Part shown: positions 45,050 to 58,935 of the stretch, one piece after another
Position numbering within the stretch: the stretch's first letter is position 1
Layout: the number at the start of each line of letters is the position of its first letter
From: Antedon mediterranea
Taxonomy: Eukaryota > Animalia > Echinodermata
Assembly (NCBI RefSeq): GCF_964355755.1
Contig: NC_092673.1
Location: forward strand, 21,511,648-21,575,647
Direction of reading: 5' to 3'
Length of the DNA: 64,000 nt
The notes under the pieces: generated by a model
Database searches by the model: none
What the model was told of the DNA's origin: nothing
Seen by the model: the letters and a program-made list of their open reading frames with translations, nothing else
Program-made: the position numbers and the translations under genes

Positions 45050-46821
45050 GTGTACCACTCTGGGTTGAATTCGATCAAATTCAATGAGCTGTCTTAGTTT
45101 CTGATTGGTTGGTCTTCGCTGAACTTGGTTGTTTTGGTATTTTGACTCACTTTTCCTGATTAAAAGATAAATAGTTAAATTTAAACATTATAGCACAAAG
45201 GTTCTTCTTGTAGGTAACAAGTGAAAATGTTTGGAAGTGAAAAACAAGTTTTAAAATAGTGAAAATCAAAAGGTATTTAGTATATTCTATATTTAGTTAA
45301 TTGTATAAATTATAACTTTTAGGTTACGATTAATTTATGAACAAAGTTGAAGGTAATTAAGTAAACACGTTAAATAACGTGATCACATAAAAAAAACATG
45401 TTTTCTTTCTTTCTTAAATGTATACAAGTTAATAGTAAGTCTATCCTATCACTTAAACCTAAAGCTCTGTCTACACTATCAAACTTTGACAACAAAAAGT
45501 GATGTGCCCAACAAAATGGCAGTGATATGCCCAAATATGGTAGTCATATGACATCACCATGTCCATATATGGAGGCATCACATGTTTGTGTCACATAAAG
45601 TTTGATATTGTAGACAGAGCTCAAGAAGATACCTTACGGCACAATTTATATAAACACGTGCGATATGCACGACAGATAACATTATGTTATTATCATGATA
45701 TTCAATCAATGTTTGTACATGCTCTTACACGGTCTTTTTGGGTGTAAAAGTGTATATAAAATATTTATATGCAAAAATACTAATTCTTGTTTCAACTTTA
45801 ATAATTAGCTTGGATATAATCGATTATTATTATAAACAATGGCAAGATTATAAGGGGAGGGAGAGATCGAGTTACTGTACTTATACACGAAGTCACTAAC
45901 AATAAGCAGCAACAGGATTTTAACAAGGTTCATCTACTTTGAAAGTAAGCACCAACTAAGTCCCATTTTAGAATTCATTCGTTTCTAAAAATATATATCA
46001 AACAGGTGTGTGGTGCATTACATTTTTACATTAAATTAATTTTTTTAATGAATTCCATTTCTAATTTAAATTCTTTCTTTGATAATTGGCGTCATAGCAC
46101 GATATTTCAATAAATTTATTCCAGTTTAAATTTCCCACGCGAATAAATTTACCCAAAAGTAAATAAAATGGCGTGGCATGAATATCTGTGTCTAGACATA
46201 GGCCTATTGGAATAAATCACTCGTATAAAGAATTGGGTGGTAATACTCAAAGTAGAGGATTATCAGAGCATTGGGAAATATTAAAAATAGCATTGATCAA
46301 AGTTTGGCCTATTTATTTTCAACATCCATTAATCATTTAGTTAGGACCTTTTTCCAAAATACTTCCAACAAATGAACCTGCATCAGTGACCGCCAGCAGA
46401 CAACTGATGTTGCCGCCTTGCTCGTTCGATCGAGAGGTAATTTACCTAATATTTACTAGAGAAATATTGGCAAATTTAAGCCAAAATAAGACTTTTTTAG
46501 GATTACTTTTTTTTTATCAGAATAACAAATGTTTTCTGGGTATTTGAGCATGTGTTCAAAGTTATATTTTCTGTAATAAGTGAATAATTTGCAAATTTAA
46601 CAATTTTCAATTAACTATCATAAGTAGCGCCCTCTATAGCGTTTGGCAGGCAACTGTTGTCCAATCAGTAATCGTCTCGTTAGATTACTTAAGTCGCTAT
46701 CATACCATAATGTAATTCAATCTTTACGCCACGGTAAACATCGCATACATTTATCGTACATACAAGTATCATATAGCCACAAACATTATAATGTTTTTAA
46801 CTTTTTTACTCATTGTGCCAT

Positions 46822-46946
46822 TTGGGATTGGACCGTTCTAGAGGTGTTTACCACCTGTTGGTCCCATCCTTCACTCAATGTACTTGGGATTGGACCGTTC
46901 TAGAGGTGTTTACCACCTGTTGGTCCCATCCTTCACTGAATGTACT
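46822..46946. repeat. 62-bp-scale tandem duplication of a stem-loop in a retroposon 3' tail (AATAAA/A-rich tail at about 47008)
   Basis: TTGGGATTGGACCGTTCTAGAGGTGTTTACCACCTGTTGGTCCCATCCTTCACT(C/G)AATGTAC occurs twice. Confidence 0.8.
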
Positions 46947-48174
46947 CTGTTCTTTTTATATGTTTTGTCTTTTTCTTGCTTTGTATGTACATTCTTGTGA
47001 GAATTTGAATAAAAAAAACAAAAACAAAAAAAACACAATTATTGTACAATTTATGACATTTTATCATAATTAAGTTAAATACATTATGAGAAAAACGGGA
47101 ATATTACAAATTAGGTCTACTCTATAGGCCTATTTATTAAAATAAGCCTAACTAAATAATATAATATTTGAATTTAAATATCCAAATCAAATATATTTAA
47201 AGAAAATATTAAGATACATAACCCGGCCACGTAGACACATTAAACTAATGGTGGTGATGTACGGAATTGAGAGGCTCAGTTAAAATATTAGTCTTCCATA
47301 TTTTTAGAGCTTGATAATTATTTCGCCTGCAACAACAAAAAACAACTCATTCATAGATTAACTGACCATGCACCGCAGGAAAGTAGGACAGATCTGAAGT
47401 GATCTGACCATTACTGGACGGACCAGTACAGAACAGGTCTGGAGTGATCTGACCATTACTGGACGAACAAGTACAGTACAGGTCCGAGAAGTTATGTTTA
47501 TCACATAACCATGTCACCCCTGGGTGAAAAAGAAAAAGGAAAGTACTGTCACTAGTAACGTGTGCAGAACACAATGTGATGTAAATAATAGCCATTGAGT
47601 AGTTTATGAGAACAATGCCATCGAAACACCCCCATTTTTGCTGTTAATATATCAATTTTTCAATAAATCTATATTTTTATTCAACTCATGGTAGTAAAAC
47701 TCCATCGTTCACCCAGCGCCAACCTTTACAAAAACTCAGCAGTAACAATATTTATTAAAACAATCTAAATCAGGTGAAATATTAGAAGCAAATATTTTGA
47801 GAACTAGAAGACGTTTGAGTGCACTTATCATTCCTGTTATCTTATCCTGAAATTATAATTTTCCACAATAACAAAATCAGTGGGGCTAATTTAGAAAATA
47901 TGAGGCTTTGTAAGAAAGCCATTCTCTAGTGGTTTAGTTTGTAGCATTGGAACTTGCAGCGCCCAAAGCTATAAATTATCATTTTTCTACAATGAATTCT
48001 TTGAAATTCTTTGTAATTCGGAGAGTGACAAGACGTGAGCGTGTAAAAACTCCCGAAAAAATTAACAACAACTAACTAAAAGTAACATAGGCGGTTTACC
48101 AAGAGTCGATATAGTTAACATATCCACGTCTGTCTGACTAATCTCTTTTTAAAAAAAACTCGATATAACAATTA

Positions 48175-48258
48175 GAGCAAAGTTGCTCATGAGCAAAGTT
48201 GCTCATGAACAAAGTTGCTCATGAGCAAAGTTGCTAATGAACAATCTGCTCATGATCA
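48175..48258. repeat. 16-bp tandem repeat x5
   Basis: GAGCAAAGTTGCTCAT repeated with small variants. Confidence 0.9.
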
Positions 48259-51200
48259 AACCAAGCTTTACACAAAGACACCAGATAATATGGTTCTATT
48301 GTTTACAAATTAGAACCGGGGGTAAGATTTGAATGTTTTTAAAAAATGTTTGTACAAAGTTTAGATAGAAAGGTATTGTTCCCCCTGAAGACAGATTTTT
48401 CATTTTGAATATGCCATTTTTGTTACATAGTTATTGTATTCGTCATTCAAACTTTTACCCAAAATTGGATCGGAAAAAAAATATTTTTACCTGAAAAATT
48501 GTAATTAAAATGTAAAGAAAAACCAGCGAAAATGAAACTTGTGGGACAATACTTTTTTTACGATAAAAATAAGCAAGTACCGTAAATGCACATAAATAAG
48601 TAAGTAACAGGCAGTAAACCCGCCAATCAACGCATGTAGACTGCGAGTGACATGTATACCAATCGTACCTTTATCTGGACAAGATAGAAGGCTAATAATA
48701 ACATTCAATCGTGTATATAACGAATAATGATGTTACGTTTGACGTTGATGTTGTTGGCGGCAAATCAAATTCATACTGCTGGTTGTTTCCTTTACAAGGT
48801 GGACATTTTTTGTTTTATCTACGATCTTATTAATACACATTAATAAATATATCCTAGAATACTGTATACTAAAGTTCATACATACGTTATAGATACAAAT
48901 AGATTAATAACCCATTTTTGACTTAATGGTTGCATTTGGTGTTCATTAATAGATGGATAATGACAGCGATTATCTCACCTGCGGTCAGGTATTAAAGAGA
49001 TTAACACCTGCATGCTTTGGTAAGACACACCTTCGCTCAACTAATTATGTTCTATGAAAAAAAAACTCGCTAACTGAATAACTTCTTGGTTAAGAATAGC
49101 ACTACTACTAAAGTATAGATTGTATGTCTGGGAACTCCCAGGGCAGGTCGCAAGCAAACCCCACAAGAGTGCGTAAGGATACTCCGGGTGGGGGAGGGGG
49201 AAGGGTGTAGAACACATGCACGGCAACAATTACAGGCTAAAAATGTATTAATATCATGGAGATACTTATCGTAAATGACCAGGGAAACTATAAACACTGT
49301 GAACAGTTGGTAACGATATTAATGTGACTTTGTTTTGCTTAGCATTTTGTTTATAAGATTGAATGGCAGAACATTAATTCCAAGTAAAATAAACATAATG
49401 AAACAACAAACAGTCTATCAAAAGTAGGCCTAAATAGTTCCATGGTCAAATAACAACCGTGCGTACACAACGTAAGCAACCCAAAGTTACCAGTACCAAG
49501 TTTTAAGATGGAGGTGGAAACCAAAATTTATTTTGATGGGGTTGATTTAGACCATGAAGAAGAATCGAATATAATAATACTATTAACAATATCAATATCA
49601 AAAGCTACTAAAAAATTGAAAAGACATACCTGTCCTATTCACATGTAGCCTACCCACGCAACATACAGATTGTTAACTCTCTTCGTTGAGAATATACCGT
49701 AAGATATTGTTTTAAAACAATTGACTATGACAAATCAAATTTGAAAACAATAGCCTATTAGGCATACAAATCAAAGAATAGACAAATGAATGAAGCACCA
49801 GCTTTTACCAAATAGTTGCGATGAGTAATTGCACTTTTAAAATTGATACCGTGTTGGTTGTCCAGTCATTAGTCAGCCGTAACAGCTTTATCACAGTAAA
49901 TCGTCATCTTTTACTCTCAACTGAATGAATCCAGCTAAATATGGTACAAGTTGACCCAACACTTCACGGATAGAAGTACAGTTTATTTATAAGATAGTGA
50001 TAGTGGTATAATTACTAAAGTATTAAGAGTTAAATGTAATGGAATTTATTCTACTCTGTAGATACTTGGATCCATCAATCTTGAAGAACTCTAATGATAA
50101 TTGGGTAATGATTGACATGAGAGAAGATGTCAATCAGCCACCACCCACACTTTGCCAATCAACCAATTATCTTTGCAATGTCTTCAAGCAATGATGAATT
50201 AAACACTTAGAACACCTTGCTAAAATATGTACATCAGTGGTTACTTGTTAGCAAATTTAAATTCGTTGACCTAAATTATGAGACATAAATATGGATGCTA
50301 TTCCAAAGCGTGAAATGCATTAACGTGGGCGATACCATGTTAGGTATAAGAACTACCTAATATTTAATGATTACGGTATGAACCTTTTTATGTATTTACC
50401 CCGAAGCAACCAAGATCCCAGCCAGCCTAAAGTGTTTAAAATGGCGCAAATTGGGACGGAGATGTTTGGATACAGCATGTTGGATCAGCAGATAACATCG
50501 TCTGCCTGTTGTTAGTATTATAATTATTATTTGTATAAGCACTTGTTTGAGTCGTTAGTCGTTTTACCCAGCTGTTATATCCACTTCGCCCTAATTAATG
50601 GTCATTAGGCCTATAACAGAGTCCTAAAGCTTGGTTCACACTATGATGCAACGCGCAACGCAAGCAGTTTGACCAATCACTGTCGCTTTGTACTTGGTAA
50701 AATTACTTGTCTTGCGTATAGTCAGCAGCGTTGTGGCGTCTAGTGGTACCAAGTTTGGTTTTCACTTGGACTCAACGCAGAGGGGCGTACGCGTAAGCGA
50801 GTTGATCAATCCCGACGTCATGATTGGTCAAATTACGTGCGTTTCGCTGTGTCCTTGCGTTTCCTCCTAGCGGGAACCAAGATTTAAGGTATCTGTATGA
50901 ATTTCGACATCGATAGTCGTCACCGCAAAATACGTCCTAAAACTATAAGTTAGAGTCCTTATCAATTATCATATAATAAATGGTATAATGGTATGAAATA
51001 ACTAAAGTTGTTAAAGAACCACGGTTGTACACACATTGTGAACAAGCTAAATATATAAACAGTTAAAATGATATCAATGAACGTTGTTTACATTTGAGGT
51101 TGTAAGCCTAGATTTACGAAGGTTAATCAACGAAAACACAACTGTCATCATGTTCATGTCAAAGAATTCTAAAAGATCGTTTGAATAGCAATTAGAATTC

Positions 51201-52829
51201 GCCAAAACACGAGTGGTTAAACGATATATACAAGAAGATAGTGTTGCCAGACGTGTCGCGAGGCATTAGCCAGGCGCGAGCTGCACGTCTGAATGCCCTC
51301 CGCGTGAAGCCTAACCTAAGATGTAAGATTACCATGATTGGCAGTTACGATCGACATTTTGACGGGTGAGAACGAACAATCATTGTTTTTACTATTACAT
51401 TTTGAAGACAACATTGTCGAAGGTTTACCATCTCGTGGATGAGACATATTGAAAGACAACCGACTCAGCTGTCAGTGAAACAGCTTCGGTCAATCCAGGG
51501 GCGTGGTTTAGATTTTTTAAATAAATTTTTGTTAAAATATAATAATTAATCATCCAATTTAAAACACAGCCAAGATATTAGTAAGAAGTCAACTTTATAA
51601 ATCGCTATTTTAACTACGGTATCTATAGGCCTATTTTTTTTAGAGTAGTTCTTTCTAATTAAAAAAGGTTCACCAGTGCGGAAATAATTCAGAAACCGGC
51701 TGGTAATATCGAGTATAAATGCTTCTGGGTGTTACGCACAATGGCATAGTTAACAGGTTGAGAGTCCGATAGAACAAATTATACAGGCTTGATAGAATCG
51801 CAATGCGTCTTAGTAGCAGAATGTCCCAAAACAGCTTAGCAATAGCAATACAGTATAACAACAGCTTGTATTGTACAAGCTGATGATGGGGACAGACTGT
51901 GATTTCATCGTGGAGAGAGGAAAGGACCATGGTGACATAAAAAAGCGATTGGCCTGCAGAAGTTACCGTAACACATTATTATCAAAATCTAAAGGAAAAT
52001 TACTGAAAAAAAAGTTTTTAAAATAAAATAAGCAAATAAATAGCTAAATTAAAAAATGTGCAGATCTTCCGGGCAACACTATAGCCCTTCATCAGTGTCA
52101 GAGATGAGAAGTATTAATTAGCCTACAGTTTTCTGTTTTTTTTTTATTAGTTTATAGGTAATTTTACTTTTTATGGACCAGAGATTCAGAAATAAAATAT
52201 TTAATGAATGAATTATCATATAGGTCTTTATATATAAATCAAAATACTGTTAAAATTAATGTTTATATATTATTTATAATATTTGTAATCAGCCTCTAAT
52301 AAAACAAATCAGAAATAAAGACCCGGACCTTATATTCTAAGATTAACAATATGGTAAGATGTTGTAAAAAGTTCGAAAAAAAAGCTCTTTCAGAATTGGT
52401 TCGGTTTCTTAGAATTGTTATCTTGTTTGTACTTAAAGTACGCAAGATATATCGAATGAAATTCCCACTGACCACCAACTCCTCGAATAATTGTGGTTTA
52501 TTTTATTTGAACCATATTCATTGAGGGTGATCCATCCAGCAATTGCTGATCATTTGGGACCCTAAGAACCGATATAATACACAAATTCAACAATAACAGT
52601 AAAGTTAAAGAAAAACAAAAGCATATAAATAAAATAAATTTCATGAGAATTAAAAATCTGAATAAGAAAATTTGGAATATAGTAAATAACTGATATGTTA
52701 AATTAAGCAAAAAGAATAAATATATATAGGCCTATACATAGATCTAATATTTTACCCTTTAAAGTCTGGAAAGTGATTACATAGTTTGGAGAAAAGTTAT
52801 CAGTCTAGTTTTGAATGAGGAAAGGGTGG

Positions 52830-53270
52830 TGATGGTGGTCTTGTTTCTAAAAATAAGTACACTAACAATCTATCTGGAGGTAGACAATCTAAAGAGACAC
52901 CAATTCAGGTACCTGTAGGCCCATGTTTCTTTGATGACATGGGTATTACAGAGAAGAAGCCTACCTCCAACCACCAACTCCTCGAATAATTGTGGTGGTC
53001 TTGTTTCTAAAAATAAGTAAACTAACAATTGGTAGAAAATCTGAAGAGACTCCAAAATTCAGGTACCTGTAGGCCCATGTTTCTTAGATGACATGGGTAT
53101 TACAGAGAAGAAGCCTACCTCCAACCACCAACTCCTCGAATAATTGTGGTGGTCTTGTTTCTAAAAATAAGTAAACTAACAATTGGTAGACAATCTGAAG
53201 AGACTCCAAAATTCAGGTATACCTGTAGACCGATTTCTTAGATGACATGGGTATTACAGAGAAGTAGCCT
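52830..53270. repeat. ~155-bp tandem repeat x3, with an upstream partial unit (about 52470) split off by a retroposon insertion
   Basis: TCTTGTTTCTAAAAATAAGTA recurs at 52839, 52999 and 53153. ACCACCAACTCCTCGAATAATTGTGGT also occurs at 52471. Confidence 0.85.
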
Positions 53271-55992
53271 AGCACCAGGAGGTAGGTTTACTTGTTGCCT
53301 GGATCACTGATCGCCAAACTCAGCGTGTATTAGCAATATGAACAGGGAAAAATTATAAAGATAATATAATATAGTCAGGGTTATAAGCAGGTAAAGGGAC
53401 CAACTTGAATGTAAAGGTGGTTAACTCTGAAAATACCAGCACGCACACTATAAGTTGTGGTTTTCCTAAATATAATTCAAATTAATATTAACTTTTGTAA
53501 ATTAGGCCTACTTTCCATCTACAGAAATAGATATGGAAGCTTTGGTTTATTTTATTAAAAACATTTTTTTATATCATTTTTCATACATAATTTACTTTTT
53601 ACAATTTTTCCAAAACTTACATAACGAAAGAATTGTAAAACAAAATAGTTGGTACCTCCATGAATAGCGAGAGATAACATCAGTACTGGTGGATTTAATA
53701 CCAGGATTACAGTACTAACGGTTATATAAATTATAATTTATTTAGTATTTCAGGATCATCAAGATCATAATCATCTAAATAAACATCAATTTTGAAATTT
53801 GAAAAGTTATTTAAAAAGTTCGAAGATTTACCAGGAGTTAAATTACATTCTAAATTCCATTTCTATTAGTTTAAAATGTAGGATTAATTTATACATTTGT
53901 AAACCGACTTGGTAATAATAACCAAATTGTAATCGTTATAATATCAAAGGACAAGTTGTTATTATACAATTTAATATTTATATATTCTAATTTTAATTTG
54001 ATATAAAGAAGGACCCTGAATATCAGCTGTTGAAATAAAAATTAAGTACACTCAAAAAGTATTTTGAAGTAACACAATTTAGACTAGAAATAATATTCTT
54101 TGTTTAAAGAAAGAAATCATTAATTATAAAATGAATGTTTTATTTAATATAACAGAAGCTGTATTGAGTACTTTGTTTTAATTCTAAATGCTTTTTCGTA
54201 ATCTATGCCTACATCACTCATACAACTCCTCAATTGAAATCAGGCAAAAGAAGTTGATATAAGTAATCGAAGAATACTAAGTCAAGTCAATATTGTATTT
54301 AGCTACGGAAATAAAACATTACGAGACGATTTTAATAATTGCCAGAGGGCAGTTTATTTAGGGAATTAATATTAAACTAAATCTTTTATTGCTTTTACAC
54401 TTGACTGGTTTCACTTGTAATCTGTACTATAAGAATGATTAGAATCGGAATACTAATTGAATGATGTCATTTTCTAGGTCTGGACTGAGTAACTGTTTAC
54501 GCCCTTTGTTGTTACCCACCCTGGTCACATGTGATAAAAGGGTGAGGTCAGTCTGTGTGTGCCGCACATTTAGGGTCAGTAATGTAAAGAGTAGTGGTGG
54601 TCACCATTTGAACGCAGCACAAGTGCGTACTTGCAACGCAAGCGATAGGTGATGATTCACCGCTCCTTGATTGATCAAACTGCGTTCCCAGTCTTTGCGC
54701 ATAATAGTGAGAACCAATGGCTTTTTTTACATACATTGGGCTGGGGGTGTTGACAGAACAGTCGAAATGCGGTACAATTCATTAATTTATCTGTTTGTGC
54801 ATATCTCAGAGCAAACATACTTTCTATGTATATTATGTATCAAATGACAATAAATGGAAGTCATTTTCCACTGATAAATGAATAAATGAATTAATAAACT
54901 TTCAATAAACGGCATTACATTGTTTCAATGGGCGTCCCAACCTGTTACGAATAAGATGTAACATCTCGTATAGGCCTATAATGGTTAGTGTAAGGATAAG
55001 TAAGACATTACACACACCCGCCCACTCATAACAACATCAACATCGGGATGTAAACATCATGAGTTCAAGCTTCAATAACCTTTATGCCATAACATGTTAC
55101 TATTTTACTACATTGTATGTACACACCCAAATGGCATGACATACACACAGCCTCCATCGTACATGCCAGACATGACAGACCATTTGCACACCTGTAGATC
55201 GACCCCAGTGACATCACACGCCTAAAGTAGGGCTCCAGAGTACAACATACAACTTGTTTCATTAACGGAAAACAGGTAACTTAAAACGAAAATAATCAAG
55301 GAACACATTTCACATAAAAGATAACGACAAACTCTCAGAATATCCAGGTCGTCTGACTAAATCGATACATAAATGTACTGTCAGTGTGGAGTATATCTAA
55401 CGGTTCTTCTAATCGTGAAGGGTCGGGTCGAATGCTGCCCAACCCCCTAAAACTGGTCCTTTAACTTTCGAGTCAAGTGCTTAATATAAATAAGTACCGG
55501 CAGCGCAATGGATACATATCTGTGTTGTATCCAATGGTGCTTTATAGACCATTCATTGTGTGACGTACGTTTCTAGGCGGTTTATAGGCTTTTTAATTTG
55601 TTCCATCGATGATATCTTTGAATAGACGGACAGGTCGTTATCAGGTCTAGTCTTCGCAGTAATAACGTTCAAAATAACTTAAAATACAAACGAATTCTGA
55701 CCGAAATGAGTATTTTTTATTCATTGTATCTATACATAGTTAGGTCTAGTGGATGCGTTCGTGACATATTATGCGCGTTGGCACGCGTTTTTTCTACGCG
55801 TGACGAAGAGCACGCTAATCGCTAATTATTGAGTGAGAAACGATTCGCGAAAAACACGTAGGTCTATTAAAACAAGTCGTCTAATTATTCAAAAATGTTT
55901 AGTTGAAATTTGCATAATTTGAAAACATTAATCGTTATATTTTAATTTATTTTAAACTTAAAATGCAAAAGAAAAAGTTTTAAAAAACTTAC

Positions 55993-56295
55993 GATCTTAT
56001 AAAACTTTGGAAGATATTCCTGTCTGTAAACGAAACGCACAAAAATCACAAGCAATTAATGGTAAAATTCTTAGCTAGTAAAATTAGCCAAGTCGTCGAT
56101 ATATTTTTCCGTAATCCGGAATCGTCTGTATCTATTTCTTAATCCATAGATTCGTCAATTTATTTGTCATTGCTGTTTTCTCTGGCCCGTTTGGGCTTCG
56201 TCTTGTTTCTTCCAGGTCTTATCGTCTACTGATGCGCTCACTTCTTCATGCTTGTTGAGTATACTGGACTTATTCACGCTCGGGGGGCTTTATAC
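55993..56295 (-). promoter_or_regulatory. Candidate TATA promoter and non-coding first exon of the MMP gene
   Basis: Minus-strand TATAAAG (56294-56288) lies about 28 nt upstream of Inr-like CCAGT (about 56266). Donor GATC|GTAAGT at 55993/55992. The ATG exon has an acceptor at 45156, so an upstream exon must exist. Confidence 0.5.
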
Positions 56296-58599
56296 CAGTA
56301 GTCAACTTACAGAGAACTTAGCCCGAGGGGTATCACGATCATGAATAGTTAGCCGATGTCACTTTTTCAGTGCAGCATGAGAGTCCTGTATCGTATGTGC
56401 AGGCCTACCAGTATCACGATTTGATCTAAATAGTATATACCTCTACTACGAATTTCTTTCGAAAAACAACAATTGTGTTTTCCAGAGAATCTTAAATTAT
56501 ATCAACTCATCTACAATGATATAATAGGTATACTGTGTTGCATGGTACTGTATAAAAGCTATACAATAGCCAAGGAGGCCTAAGAAAAGCATGATTGAGT
56601 CTCAAAATAAAATGAATATTTACGTTGGTTACAAAGTGTAGTATATAGAACCACGTGCTCAACTATAAGTTACCGTTCAGTTAATATTCAGAAAAGGCGC
56701 GAGCTATGATAATGAATAAATTGGGACAATATTTCGGGACTCCGGGAAAAAGAGGAGAGCAAGAGAGTGACAAATGTGGCATTATAAAATATAAAAGGGG
56801 GTAAGTGATAAATGACGACCTATCTACGGTACGGTACGCTTATAGGCTAGGCCAATATAGTTTCAAGGTTGGTGCGGATAGCTCAAATCCTACAAAATAT
56901 ATACATCACAGTTATATAAACATGACCCATTTTGTATTGGCGACACTTACAGTATTATACAAATAATAAATAGGCCTAGCTGCAATGCACTTCAAATTAC
57001 AATAGGCCTATTACTAATATGAACCACGACTGAATTGACTGGTGGATTTACAAACACAAGTCGACGTGTGCAGCCTATTTGAATATAATCGAACAAACCA
57101 GCCAGAAACAGGCGTAAACAGTAGAAACAAGAGTTTGTTCTGTTTAAACAATTACAGTACACCTTTGTTGATGTTAAATACTGGCCGGTTATTATTTAAA
57201 TGTTTGTATCCAGGTAACTCAATCCAATGACACATTTACATTATAAGACATAAGGTATGAGGTTTATACATTGATTCTCATCACTTACCGTATTGCTGCT
57301 AACGTTCAACCAAAATATAAAAATCCACGCTAAGCAGTTGAAGACACATCGTTAGATCATCTATTAAATTGAAGTATTTTTGGCAGAGTAAAATAAGTAC
57401 TTGTGGATACTATGATCACAATCTAAAATATAAATAAGTATTGAATGCCTGTTTGTCATCCCCTTCGACCATTAACCAATCAGAGCACCGCTATACAATA
57501 TTTGTAGGTTGTAGAATACATTCTCGCTCACGAGTCATTCTTCAACCTAATACTAATGTTTTCTACAAATCTGTGAAATGCTCAGTAATGAAAAAAAGAC
57601 AACATTTGTAAAGACCTCAAGTCCTTGACCCGTCATAGTCCTAAACACCGAATATAAATAAGTAAATATTATCTTTCGATGTAGAACACAACAGATATAA
57701 GTTCAGTACGAATATGAATCTGATCATTTGGTAATTAACTGTACAGAAGCAAACTAACAATTCGTAACAACAGCTTCTTAACCGCAAAGTACTTCATTCA
57801 TTACAAGAGCTCTCTTTAACAAAAGTACCAGCTTTCACATCTCGAAAATAGAGCCGGAAGTATATAGTAAACTTGACCGCGCAATGAATACTCTATAGCA
57901 ACGCGATTTATTACAATAAACTGTTTGTTAGATTTAAATAAATGATGTCATCTTCTTGTCATCGTGAACTAAACAATAGGCTATTATTAGTGTAAAAGAA
58001 ATGTTGCCAAGGACGGTAGAAACGTGTGGTACAATAAAGAAGAATCAGAAACTATCTTAACCAGGGAATAGTATAGGCCTACTACACTACACATTAAGCT
58101 CTAACAAATTGTTAATCTCCTAATTCGTAGGCCTACTTAAGTTCATGCAATGTCATCTTAAAAACACGAGCTTTGCCTTTAATTTTAACAGTGACACCAC
58201 GAACCTGGCACGCGCGTACAAAAGCTGATAATCCAGTACGATTTTTGTACGCGCCGTGACGTCACTAACGGCGTATACACGAGTGGCATCGACGATCAAT
58301 AACGAATTCAACGTTTAAACGATTAATTTATTTATCGGAGTAAGTTTTAACATTGAACAGCCTAAATGTAATTTTCAATAATCATCCTTATAGTCCGACA
58401 ATGCCACAAATATCATCATGAAATCCTCTTCTTACATGCACTCTGAAAAGTTCTTATGCATCCCATGTGTGATCTAATTATTTTCAATAGATAACATGTG
58501 AATTGGTTATGGGCTTTCCTTCATATCATCAATATGGATACAACTAAACTCGAACATTTCGAAGAATTACGGTGGTAAAGACCTTGACGGCGGTAGGGT

Positions 58600-58935
58600 C
58601 TTCTTTATCCACAGGCCTACAGGCATAAGGTCCTGAAGTTCAATGTTAATGGTCATGGTAGGCTTTATCAATTGACAAAGGGGTGCGCCCCTCTGGGTCA
58701 GGTACCGCACTAAAAGAGAGAACGTGAGCTATCCAGAAAGTGAGAAATACGCATCGAACACCGAGCACAAACTCGAAAATTACAGGATGGATAAACTATT
58801 TTATAATTTCTCGTGCTTTATAAACTAAGTCTCATGGAGTTGAGAGAGTCATGAGTTATAACACTGGCACTAGGTCAGGATTGAACCCAGGACCTTGTTG
58901 GAAGGCAACCATGTTGAACACCAAGCTACAGCTCC
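58600..58935 (-). mobile_element. Degenerate tRNA-headed SINE
   Basis: Minus strand reads TGTAGCTTGGTGTTCAAC...GGTCCTGGGTTCAATCCTG (A/B-box-like), followed by a non-tRNA body. Confidence 0.4.
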
